Part shown: piece by piece, positions 26,684-35,013 of the stretch | Position numbering within the stretch: the stretch's first letter is position 1 | How the letters are laid out: every line of letters starts with the position of its first letter | IMG/VR virus record: IMGVR_UViG_3300037507_003964 | Length of the DNA stretch: 64,000 nucleotides | Source of the DNA: an uncultured virus (IMG/VR IMGVR_UViG_3300037507_003964) | Taxonomy: Duplodnaviria > Heunggongvirae > Uroviricota > Caudoviricetes | Reading direction: 5' to 3' (one strand) | The notes under the pieces: generated by a model | What the model was told of the DNA's origin: nothing | Databases searched by the model: none | What the model saw: the letters and a program-made list of their open reading frames with translations, nothing else | Made by a program: the position numbers and the translations under genes

Positions 26684-27184
26684 TCAAGCGTTTTTTCGGG
26701 GGCGCCCTCGTGCTTTTTTAACTTCCTGTTGTATTTCTACAACAGCAGGTGCTACGGGAGGTGGTAAGAGTCCAGGAAAAGTTTCTCGCACCAACTCCTC
26801 GGTCACAGCAGTGTAAAGTTCAGTCAATCGCTTGTCTTTGATTGCACATACAACCTCAGCCTCTTTGAGGTTAATACTTTCAAGCAACTGGATGAATAGC
26901 GACTCAAGTTTGATCTTGTGAAGGTTGGGGGGCGGAGTGATCCAAGTATAGAACCTACGCATCTCTCTATACAGATTAGTCTCTGCCAATCCCAATGGTG
27001 GCGCCTTGTCTTTGTTGTAAGGGGGTTCACCTTCCGGCAACTTCATTTTAATGGCAGGATCAAAGTTGATACGAAAGACATCCTGTAGGATAGGTGAATT
27101 GTGCTGAATGAGAATCGCTTTTCGCTGTTCAAGCGTTTCAGCTTTCTGCACACGATCAAAAATTTCAGGAATTAGTAAGCGCAT
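26684..27184 (-). CDS. Conserved T4-like hypothetical protein downstream of rnh
   Basis: LPEGEPPY, NLYREMRRFY, ESLFIQLLES; TATAAATA at 27284-91. Confidence 0.75.
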   Translation of the reverse strand: MRLLIPEIFDRVQKAETLEQRKAILIQHNSPILQDVFRINFDPAIKMKLPEGEPPYNKDKAPPLGLAETNLYREMRRFYTWITPPPNLHKIKLESLFIQLLESINLKEAEVVCAIKDKRLTELYTAVTEELVRETFPGLLPPPVAPAVVEIQQEVKKARGRPRKNA

Positions 27185-27185
27185 G

Positions 27186-28064
27186 TTAAAACTCCGATAT
27201 AAGTTCAAGCATCTGCTTCATGCGATGCTTCATAAAGTAGTTCAGTAGTTGACTACGATCTTTTTGTGGTTGGGACACAAAGGTATTTATAATACTTTCT
27301 TTGATATCCCGGTCAATGCAAGTAAAGTCAACTAGTGCTTTGTTGCGCTGATAGTTAGTATGAAAGGTTGAATCGGACGGCATGGTGTTGGGATCTCGAA
27401 TCCACTCCTCGAGTTTCTTGGTGAGGATGGGTTTCTGCCTGCGACCTTCCACTAAGCAGTTATCATCAGACAGGATATTGGGGATCCCGTCTCCCGTATC
27501 TCCTCGAATGATATGCTCGATAACATAGGACTCTGGAGACCTTTCGGGTTTGACAAACTTCTTCTGAATGGGGCTGTACTGTGCCACATTCCTGTACTTT
27601 TGCAGTTGAATGAAGTCATGGTCACCCGAGATGATCAGGAAGGGGTTGGGTTCCTCAAGCATACCTGACAAGTCATTGGTTTGCGACCACTCAGCAAGTG
27701 CAGCAATGATATCGTCAGCTTCTGCACCTTCCACACGGATAACAGGATAGGGAAAGACAGCGTTCAGTTCCTCACGGACAGCAGACAACGCCTCGAAAAT
27801 CGCACTCCAGTCGTATCCCGACTCCTCTCGATCCCGCTTCCTATTCGCCTTGTATTGAGGAAAGATTTTGCGACGCCAATAGTTTTGCCCGTCACAAGCA
27901 AGAACTAGATCGCCATACTTTGCGCCAAACTTATTCTTGTAACCTCGAATAGTATTGATGATCATATGGCGAATCAGAGGCAGGTTGATATCTACATCCT
28001 TTCTGCCGCCGAGTTCAGCCATCAGGTTTGAGATGGCGGTTTGACTGTAATCTACAACTATCAT
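27186..28064 (-). CDS. rnh: RNase H / 5'-3' exonuclease
   Basis: MIVVDYSQ, YWRRKIFPQYKANRK, EADDIIA, SGDHDFIQLQ, GDTGDGIPN. Confidence 0.95.
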   Translation of the reverse strand: MIVVDYSQTAISNLMAELGGRKDVDINLPLIRHMIINTIRGYKNKFGAKYGDLVLACDGQNYWRRKIFPQYKANRKRDREESGYDWSAIFEALSAVREELNAVFPYPVIRVEGAEADDIIAALAEWSQTNDLSGMLEEPNPFLIISGDHDFIQLQKYRNVAQYSPIQKKFVKPERSPESYVIEHIIRGDTGDGIPNILSDDNCLVEGRRQKPILTKKLEEWIRDPNTMPSDSTFHTNYQRNKALVDFTCIDRDIKESIINTFVSQPQKDRSQLLNYFMKHRMKQMLELISEF

Positions 28065-29119
28065 TTAATAGCCCTTACGATTAGCGTGTCTGCATTAAGG
28101 CGACCATTAGGTTGTGAGTCAACTGCCTTGATGCCGTCCATGAACTTTCTTAGTTGCACTTTGCCTGCTTTGAGAAGGTCCTGTAGAACGATTTCTGGTT
28201 TACGAACTGTCTTTTGCACACTCTGCTCTGGTTCGTAGTTCTGCAGCGTAGTGCCCTTGACTTGAATGCCTGAGGAACTTTCGGTGCGATATACAGCGAG
28301 CTTTCTCGTCTTGGTGTTGAACACCCACACCTGCATAGCACCCACGATCTCGGTAGGTGACACAGAAGTGATCTTCAGCTGGTCATCCTGTGACTTGTAC
28401 TTGAGATCCTTAACTTGCAAAGTAGGTGACTTCACTTTCTTAGCACGGGGCTTGCGATTCGCTTTCTTGAATGCAGAATACTTCTCTGCCTCTTCCAGGA
28501 ACGAAGCAAGTCGCTTAGCGAAGGCAACCAAATCTTTCTTCTTGAAGTTTGAGTATCCCTCAATCAGATCCTTGTCTTTACCTTCGAGCACCTCAATAGG
28601 TTCACGTAGTTTGCTCTTGACCCATTCTCGAATCTCATCGCTGGATGCCTGTGGCATCTCATTCTTTTTCATATCGTCAAGCAAGGAGAATGGCGTCTTG
28701 GGATCTTTCGCCAGGTTGTCAATGACTCCTTCTAGCTCGCCAATGTAGGCAGCGATACGATTCTGAGTAGCTTCCTGAATGTTGACCTTGGGCGCCGTGA
28801 CAATCTTCTGCACCTGTGGCAATGGTGTCAGTTTGTTAAGGTATCGGTTCAATGCCCGCTGATGATCAGTAGAAAGTTGTGCTCCTTTGAGCATCACACG
28901 GCAAACCCAACCCATGGTCAGATTGACTTCGCTATCCGTCAACGACCGAATAGGAATGTTGTGCTTCTTGCAATAGTCCTCAATGTACTTCCGTGCATCC
29001 TTTCGGTCCTTCTCAAGGTTGAACCAATTGAAAGCTAGCAGAAGTTTAAGCTGATATTCATCATCACCAAAGATAATCTCGGCGGCTACAGGTTCAGAGC
29101 TTACAACTGCCTTATTCAA
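28061..29119 (-). CDS. Conserved T4-like hypothetical protein
   Basis: IVGAMQVWVFNTKTRKL, VKGTTL, KTVRKPE, NGRLN motifs; upstream of rnh. Confidence 0.75.
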   Translation of the reverse strand: MNKAVVSSEPVAAEIIFGDDEYQLKLLLAFNWFNLEKDRKDARKYIEDYCKKHNIPIRSLTDSEVNLTMGWVCRVMLKGAQLSTDHQRALNRYLNKLTPLPQVQKIVTAPKVNIQEATQNRIAAYIGELEGVIDNLAKDPKTPFSLLDDMKKNEMPQASSDEIREWVKSKLREPIEVLEGKDKDLIEGYSNFKKKDLVAFAKRLASFLEEAEKYSAFKKANRKPRAKKVKSPTLQVKDLKYKSQDDQLKITSVSPTEIVGAMQVWVFNTKTRKLAVYRTESSSGIQVKGTTLQNYEPEQSVQKTVRKPEIVLQDLLKAGKVQLRKFMDGIKAVDSQPNGRLNADTLIVRAIK

Positions 29120-29402
29120 GTGTAAACCTCAATTGTTTGATTGAATCAAACCGAATGCTGCGCCATTCGCCAATCTCAGTATCAACGACCGAGACAACCT
29201 CATCATTCGGGGCTCGGGTTCTTCCCGTCTTGTTGCCACTTACAGGAATAGCATTTTCCTTAAGCGTAGCTTTCATCACTCGCTCAGTTCCATCTGCTTT
29301 TGTAAATGTAATGGTAACAACCTCAGTTGCCAATAGACCCTTAAGCCAAGTTTTGAGCGCCCCGCGCTCGTACTCAGTCATCGTATCCCACTTAGTATTC
29401 AT
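29112..29402 (-). CDS. SH3/WYL-like beta-barrel protein
   Basis: ITFTKADGTERVMKATL...VVDTEIGEWRSIRFDSI. Confidence 0.7.
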   Translation of the reverse strand: MNTKWDTMTEYERGALKTWLKGLLATEVVTITFTKADGTERVMKATLKENAIPVSGNKTGRTRAPNDEVVSVVDTEIGEWRSIRFDSIKQLRFTLE

Positions 29403-29665
29403 TATTTCACTCCAAAGTGTTCTTTGACTACTTCCTTGAAGTCGTACAGGGCTTCTTTCCCCGCATCATCGTCAAGGTATCCCAAACTGATGATCTGGTC
29501 GCCAATCAGGTCAAGGAATCGCTGCACCATGAGGTTGGAAAAAGTTTCCATCTCCTTGTCATATTGTGATGCCCAATCAATGATTGCACCATGAGGTTTC
29601 CAGGGCTCATCCTCCCAAAAGATAAACCCTGCACGCTTAGCAACTTGTAATATATTGTCGTTCAT
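29402..29665 (-). CDS. Hypothetical protein
   Basis: 87 aa ending KEHFGVK. Confidence 0.65.
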   Translation of the reverse strand: MNDNILQVAKRAGFIFWEDEPWKPHGAIIDWASQYDKEMETFSNLMVQRFLDLIGDQIISLGYLDDDAGKEALYDFKEVVKEHFGVK

Positions 29666-29671
29666 TGTACC

Positions 29672-29986
29672 TCACTGGGTGTTAAGGGCCGGACGAAGTT
29701 CAGCGATAAGTTCGCGCTCACGGGCATGGACCTCAGACTTGCCACGCACGACCTCGACGACCTGATAGGTGAAAGAGTCGGGACCGAACTTGCGGATCTC
29801 CTTGCAGAGTTTCCAGTCGAGGCCTTCGGTCAAAGCACGCCGAACATGCTTCTGCCAACGAATCTTGACAGCACGCAACTTAGCTTGCCCGATGGCGGCA
29901 GTGATGCCGATATAGGACCTACCATTGGCAGAGTTGGTGAGCTGGTAGATAACATGGTTTCTGTCGGAGCGCTTTTTTCGATTCAT
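29672..29986 (-). CDS. Stand-alone GIY-YIG domain protein
   Basis: VIYQLTN...YIGIT, RWQKH, RERELI..PALN. Confidence 0.8.
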   Translation of the reverse strand: MNRKKRSDRNHVIYQLTNSANGRSYIGITAAIGQAKLRAVKIRWQKHVRRALTEGLDWKLCKEIRKFGPDSFTYQVVEVVRGKSEVHARERELIAELRPALNTQ

Positions 29987-29992
29987 GCTTAC

Positions 29993-30051
29993 ATTATACA
30001 GGAACTGGATAGAATGTCAAGAAAAGTTTTAGATGTTGTTTTTATGCAACA
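29993..30051 (-). promoter_or_regulatory. Early promoter cassette
   Basis: TTGACA-N16-TATAAT plus palindrome at 30034-51. Confidence 0.85.
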
Positions 30052-30206
30052 ACAGCGGAGTGGTAGATGTTATCAACAGCAAACTGAGGATAGAGGTCGT
30101 CCATGATCTCATAGGCTTCGTCTAGATCCGAGGCCTCGATCTCTATGGTCAGAACCTGATTTCCAGGCAATTCTTCAGAGGTGTATTCAACAATGTAGGT
30201 ATTCAT
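30042..30206 (-). CDS. 54-aa acidic early protein (not in ORF track)
   Basis: MNTYIVEYTSEELPGNQVLTIEIEASDLDEAYEIMDDLYPQFAVDNIYHSAVVA; has its own promoter. Confidence 0.7.
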   Translation of the reverse strand: MNTYIVEYTSEELPGNQVLTIEIEASDLDEAYEIMDDLYPQFAVDNIYHSAVVA

Positions 30207-30237
30207 CTTTCTTCCAATCAATCATTCAACATAAACA

Positions 30238-30288
30238 ATTATACAGGAACTGGAAACTTTGTCAAGAGGGTGTTGTACAAAAACAACA
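30238..30288 (-). promoter_or_regulatory. Early promoter cassette
   Basis: TTGACA-N16-TATAAT plus palindrome at 30271-88. Confidence 0.85.
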
Positions 30289-30297
30289 CTCTTTCTC

Positions 30298-30456
30298 TCA
30301 GTCAACCAGACTTACTTCAACATCAGCCAGAACAATCGCAACTTCCCAAGCTTTTTTTGCTTTGAATGCCTTTGCAGCTGCTAGTTGTGCAGCGTAGCTA
30401 GTTGCAGCCATTACTACAATTTTCTGACCGCGGTAGAAAGCAACATAATTACGCAT
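30298..30456 (-). CDS. 52-aa early protein (not in ORF track)
   Basis: MRNYVAFYRGQKIVVMAATSYAAQLAAAKAFKAKKAWEVAIVLADVEVSLVD; AAGGA RBS; has its own promoter. Confidence 0.7.
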   Translation of the reverse strand: MRNYVAFYRGQKIVVMAATSYAAQLAAAKAFKAKKAWEVAIVLADVEVSLVD

Positions 30457-30489
30457 CTTTTTCCTTGTTTCAATCACTCAACAGAATTA

Positions 30490-30573
30490 ATTATACAGGA
30501 ACTGGCAAGATTGTCAAGAAAAGTTTTAAGTGTTGTTGTATCGACACAACACCTGTGTTGCACAGAAACAACA
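30490..30573 (-). promoter_or_regulatory. Early promoter cassette with two palindromes
   Basis: TTGACA-N16-TATAAT; palindromes at 30534-51 and 30556-73. Confidence 0.85.
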
Positions 30574-30978
30574 CTAATTTCTGAGGGTTTTTAGGTGAGA
30601 ACCGTGGATTTTGCAGTAGATGAGGTTGTTGTACCACTGGTCGGGGTGCTCGAGGACTCGATTATCGATCTGTTCCCGAACCTCTAGGTAGGATAGTTCC
30701 CCCTTACCGAAGCATAGGTGAATGATCTCACGCTTGAATTTTTCTTCTCCAAGTCGAACAACATCACCTCTAAGTTCCTCGGATGATGACCAATACTTCT
30801 TCCAATCAGATTCTGTTTTGACTCGCTTGACCTTTCCCTTGACTTGCTTTCGACGCATAGACCAGAACAACTTCTTGCCGATGTATCGCCGCCCTGTCTC
30901 GAGACAAGTTATCATGTAGACAAATCCAACTAACTTCTCATTAGGACCTGGGTACTCCTGTCCTTCATATAGCCACAT
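30574..30978 (-). CDS. Seg-like GIY-YIG protein
   Basis: GFVYMITC...YIGKK, SDWKKYWSSS, FKREI, WYN. Confidence 0.8.
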   Translation of the reverse strand: MWLYEGQEYPGPNEKLVGFVYMITCLETGRRYIGKKLFWSMRRKQVKGKVKRVKTESDWKKYWSSSEELRGDVVRLGEEKFKREIIHLCFGKGELSYLEVREQIDNRVLEHPDQWYNNLIYCKIHGSHLKTLRN

Positions 30979-30990
30979 ATTGACTCCAAA

Positions 30991-31143
30991 TCAATATGTA
31001 TCGTCATCTTCCTCATCCTCTTCATCATCTAGGCCTGCACTACAGAATGGGCAGAACATCACTTCATAGTAGGATCGGTCAAGGTCGTGTCTTATCTTAA
31101 AGATGGCATCACATTCGGAGCAGGTATAAGACTTTGATTGCAT
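30991..31143 (-). CDS. 50-aa zinc-ribbon protein with acidic tail (not in ORF track)
   Basis: MQSKSYTCSECDAIFKIRHDLDRSYYEVMFCPFCSAGLDDEEDEEDDDTY. Confidence 0.75.
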   Translation of the reverse strand: MQSKSYTCSECDAIFKIRHDLDRSYYEVMFCPFCSAGLDDEEDEEDDDTY

Positions 31144-31574
31144 AGTAGAGGTTCCCTCTTTCGTTTTTCTGCCTCATACACTCGCAACCTTAAGTCAGAG
31201 CTGCTGAATGAGTGATCTCGGCTGTTGTAATAAATTTTTATGCCTCGGTCAACACAGATTGTTTTTCCTGTGAACTCCTTGTCCTCATACTCTTTACCAA
31301 GAATGCGGACATCAATAGGAAGGGTCTTGAGCAGATCCTCGAGTTCTTTCTCGGTACTATAGATCACAACTTCATCCACATATCTACAAGCACGTACTTG
31401 TATTTGTCTCTCGACAATGCTTTGCACAGGTTTGTTCTTCGATGTGCGGTCAATGGTGGGATCTGTTTGAATGCCCACAATCAACTTATCACATTGTCGC
31501 TTAGCTTCTTCGAGCATAACTACATGACCTGCATGAAACAGATCAAAGGTAGAACAGGTGAATCCTGTAATCAT
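31092..31574 (-). CDS. Cytidylyltransferase (TagD/glycerol-3-phosphate type)
   Basis: GFTCSTFDLFHAGH, RDHSFSSS. Confidence 0.88.
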   Translation of the reverse strand: MITGFTCSTFDLFHAGHVVMLEEAKRQCDKLIVGIQTDPTIDRTSKNKPVQSIVERQIQVRACRYVDEVVIYSTEKELEDLLKTLPIDVRILGKEYEDKEFTGKTICVDRGIKIYYNSRDHSFSSSDLRLRVYEAEKRKREPLLCNQSLIPAPNVMPSLR

Positions 31575-32044
31575 ATCTTCCTCACTTCAATTTTGCATTT
31601 TTCCAAGAATCGTATGCCATCCTCATTGCGATAACTGTTACGGTAAAAAACACTATTAACACCAGACTGATATACCAACTTAGCACAATCAAGGCAAGGG
31701 GCATGAGTAACAAACAAAGTAGAACCAAGACCAGACTCTGTAGACCTCGCCAACTTAGATATAGCATTTGCTTCAGCATGAAGGACCTCTGCTTTTGTTT
31801 TAAGGTGTGTTATCTGCATGAGGTGCTCAGGACCGCCATTGTCAATAACATAGGTTTCAGTCTTTGTCACTTCATCTTCGCAGTTGTTGTCCCAACCTGC
31901 AGGCATTCCATTGTAACCTATACTTATAATTCTGTCATCCTTCACCACGATAGCCCCAACTTGAAGTCTCCGAGCGTGAGACAACTTTGCATATGTTTCG
32001 GCGACTTGCATGTGGGCCTGCATCATCCTTTCATTCACTAGCAT
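31571..32044 (-). CDS. cd: dCMP deaminase
   Basis: GYNG, HAEANAI, PCLDC motifs. Confidence 0.93.
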   Translation of the reverse strand: MLVNERMMQAHMQVAETYAKLSHARRLQVGAIVVKDDRIISIGYNGMPAGWDNNCEDEVTKTETYVIDNGGPEHLMQITHLKTKAEVLHAEANAISKLARSTESGLGSTLFVTHAPCLDCAKLVYQSGVNSVFYRNSYRNEDGIRFLEKCKIEVRKI

Positions 32045-32444
32045 CTCCATAACTTACATTGCCATGTTCATCTTCAAGGATCAGAGGACCTGTGAAGTAT
32101 GTGTCTGTGTAAGACAGTCTCCACCCATCTTCCTCAAGTTCCTTATGATCCATTTCGTCTAGGCGAATACGATATTCTTCAGGAATGTTATCAGAGTAAC
32201 GATAATCAGCCCAACAACCGTCATCCGCATCGTAATCCTGTACATCTTCTAGATCCTCATAAACATTAAACCCATGTTCATTTTTCAAATCAATATCGGG
32301 AGGTGTTTCAGACTCAAAGGTACAATGGGCCCAACGCCAACCCGTTTCTCTTTCTATCCACATCTTCTCGCCATTCTCTTCTTTGAACCAGTTTTCAACA
32401 TCACAGGCGGACTTTTTGTATTGCGGCGACAGTTTGTAACGCAT
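32031..32444 (-). CDS. Acidic hypothetical protein
   Basis: MRYKLSPQYKKS...; AGGAG RBS. Confidence 0.7.
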   Translation of the reverse strand: MRYKLSPQYKKSACDVENWFKEENGEKMWIERETGWRWAHCTFESETPPDIDLKNEHGFNVYEDLEDVQDYDADDGCWADYRYSDNIPEEYRIRLDEMDHKELEEDGWRLSYTDTYFTGPLILEDEHGNVSYGDASE

Positions 32445-32452
32445 AATAACTC

Positions 32453-33448
32453 CTAAGCTGCTTTGCCCCACACCTCTTCCCAAGATCCTGACAATGCTCC
32501 TTTTGCATAGTCAGTAGCTTTGTTCTCAAAGAAGTTCGTATGAATCGGGGCGTTGATAATTTCCTCAACCCAAGGGAGAGGATTCTTTTTAACTTTCATT
32601 ATGCCCTTGAGGCCCAAACTAATAAGGCGGCGATCAGCAATATAACGAATATAGCGTTTAACATCATCAGCAGATAGATCAGGCATACCGCCCATCCTAA
32701 ATGATAGATCAATAAAACTATCTTCGAGTTCAACCATTCTTGTTGCAAGAGTGTAGATTTGAGATTTGAGATCGTCGTTCCAAATTTCTCTATTTTCTTC
32801 CACATATGTTCTAAACAGTTTGATCATGTTTTCGGCATGCATTGTCTCATCAACAATGCTCCAGGTTACAATCTGCCCCATGCCCTTCATCTTTCCATGG
32901 CGCGGAAAGTTCAACAGCATGATGAAGGAACTAAATAATTGCATCCCTTCTGTAAAGGCACTAAACAAGGCGATGTTGCGAGCGATGCTTGTAGTATCAA
33001 CTTTCATGTTCAATGGATCGTTTAGATATTCGTGCTTCTTACGCATCTCATCATACTGCATGAACTCGTTGTAGGTTGTTTCAGGCATGCCTAGCGTCTC
33101 AATCAGATGACTGTACGCCGCAACATGTAGAGCCTCCCGGGCAGCAAATCCTAGCAGCATCATACGCACTTCAGGTTGGGGGAAGTGAGGAAGATAGTTT
33201 CCCACATACCCGCCTGCTACATCTATGTCCCCTTGTGTGAAGAAACGAAAGATGTTCGTTAGAAAATACTTCTCATGTTCAGTCAGTTTGTTTTTCCAAT
33301 CCTTCACATCTTCGATCATTGGAACTTCGGTATGTAACCAATGGGCCTGTTCGTGAGCTAACCACGCATCATAGGCCCAAGGATACGAGAAAGGTTTGTA
33401 GCTTGTTCTACTATCAGTTAGTTTTGCTTTTTGTTTTTTGGGTGCCAT
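32453..33448 (-). CDS. nrdB: Ribonucleotide reductase class Ia beta subunit
   Basis: FFTQGD, REALH..AYS, EGMQLFSSF, DETMH, NFFE. Confidence 0.96.
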   Translation of the reverse strand: MAPKKQKAKLTDSRTSYKPFSYPWAYDAWLAHEQAHWLHTEVPMIEDVKDWKNKLTEHEKYFLTNIFRFFTQGDIDVAGGYVGNYLPHFPQPEVRMMLLGFAAREALHVAAYSHLIETLGMPETTYNEFMQYDEMRKKHEYLNDPLNMKVDTTSIARNIALFSAFTEGMQLFSSFIMLLNFPRHGKMKGMGQIVTWSIVDETMHAENMIKLFRTYVEENREIWNDDLKSQIYTLATRMVELEDSFIDLSFRMGGMPDLSADDVKRYIRYIADRRLISLGLKGIMKVKKNPLPWVEEIINAPIHTNFFENKATDYAKGALSGSWEEVWGKAA

Positions 33449-34100
33449 ATGTTTTCTCCTTTTGGGTTTCATACATTACATCATCGGTATTGCCTAACGC
33501 CCATTTGGGATTCGTTTCTACGCGATAGGTCTTTGTACAAACCTTGAAGTCAGGGAACAGCAGTTTGGGCGGGTTAGATGCTGCATCAAGAAACAATGTC
33601 CGATTGTTGGGTTGTGCGGCATACTGTCCGTTGTCTAGTTGAATGAAGTTAAATGACTTATGATCCTCAGGCCATTCTGCATAAGTGGTATCAAGTGTAT
33701 TGGGATCACTAAATCCGTTGTCAACCGTGAACAAATATTGCCCAGAATACCATTGCTTGTCTTTTGCAAAAAACTTCGCAGTTAGATTTCCTAAGAATGC
33801 TTTCTTGATCACAGTAACATCATGACTAAAACAATCCCAAATCTGTAAACTGTCTAGCGATAAAAATTTTTCAGTTTCTAGATCCTCGTTCCGAGACACA
33901 TACGCATGAAGGGGTAGCTTATCGTACACAGCCCCGTAGTTGGGCAAGTATGATTCAATTCGAAATGCCTGACCTCGAATAGATTTGATGCTTACCCAAA
34001 TACAAGGTTCGTATTCACCATGACCTCTTTGAAAGTCATAGAGAAACTCCTTTCTAATGTAGCAATGGATAGGAGGAAGATTTGCTACCAAGTGCGCCAT
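33414..34100 (-). CDS. Conserved hypothetical protein in the nrd cluster
   Basis: 228-aa ORF (MAHLVANLPP...QYAAQPNNR) between trx and nrdB. Confidence 0.75.
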   Translation of the reverse strand: MAHLVANLPPIHCYIRKEFLYDFQRGHGEYEPCIWVSIKSIRGQAFRIESYLPNYGAVYDKLPLHAYVSRNEDLETEKFLSLDSLQIWDCFSHDVTVIKKAFLGNLTAKFFAKDKQWYSGQYLFTVDNGFSDPNTLDTTYAEWPEDHKSFNFIQLDNGQYAAQPNNRTLFLDAASNPPKLLFPDFKVCTKTYRVETNPKWALGNTDDVMYETQKEKTYGTQKTKSKTN

Positions 34101-34339
34101 TATTGTTTAACCCACTGCTTGATTTTTTCTGAACTGTGAACACCAACCAACCTTGCAATTTCTTTTTCTTCAAACAAAACTAAAGTGGGCACAGAACGAA
34201 TACCAAACTCAATAGCCATTGCATCATGCATATCGATATCAACTACTTCAATTGGAATGTCTAAGTTTGCTGCTTCTAAATTTTTCGCTAGCGCTTTGCA
34301 AGGTTGACACCAAGATGCTGTAAATCTAATTAGTTTCAT
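34100..34339 (-). CDS. Thioredoxin
   Basis: WCQPC active site, IRSVPT. Confidence 0.92.
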   Translation of the reverse strand: MKLIRFTASWCQPCKALAKNLEAANLDIPIEVVDIDMHDAMAIEFGIRSVPTLVLFEEKEIARLVGVHSSEKIKQWVKQ

Positions 34340-34378
34340 CTCACTTCCTGTGTTAGTTGTAGGGTGTTTACATTAATA

Positions 34379-34951
34379 TCATTTATGATTTGAATCTTTG
34401 CCATTTCTTTTTCGGGTATATGGTTTCATCCCCCTTACGTAACCCTCAGGAATTGTTTCATGCGGATACAAATATAAATTATCGACCCCGTTGTTATACC
34501 ACGTCCTACCTTTTACAAAACTATTATTTAAAAATGGATTTTTTTCTGGAAACTTTTTCATCGGATTTTCTTCTGATGACATTCTAACAAATGCTTTTTT
34601 TCTAGAATTTTCACTTTTTCCTGGATTTTCTATTTTTGAATGCCATCGTTTAAATTCTGAATAATGAGTCTTAATGTTGTGAACCATCTTAGATGTTAGC
34701 TTTCTATTGCCGTGGGGGTCCCTTAGCATGCACAAAAAGGCGTAATGAATTTTAGGTTCTTTTGGATAGATTTTTGTGAGTAGCCAATGTGCAAGATAAT
34801 GTTCTCGATATGTAAGAATAACTAAATTATCGCTGTCATCAGTTCCTCCTAAACATTTAGGTAAAATATGATGTTTTTCACAGTATTCTGTATGTTCTAA
34901 CCTAGATTTTCTTGTCTTTATAATATTATTATAGAGTTTTAAATAGTCCAT
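34379..34951 (-). mobile_element. Free-standing HNH homing endonuclease
   Basis: EKHHILPKCLGG.D..DNLV.LT.REHYLAH; AT-rich; own TATAAATA promoter at 34973-80. Confidence 0.88.
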
Positions 34952-35013
34952 ATACCCTCCTTTGTTATGGACTATTTATATCCTTCACAAGTTTCAATTA
35001 TCTGCGAAGGATA

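Noticed and set aside
24073..30573. Palindromic repeats as a CRISPR array or integron attC sites
   Set aside because: Copies are degenerate, dispersed and tied to promoters, with no regular spacers and no cas or integrase genes
34340..35013. Group I intron around the HNH gene
   Set aside because: nrdA ends intact (CLACE) and trx starts intact, so the HNH gene is free-standing
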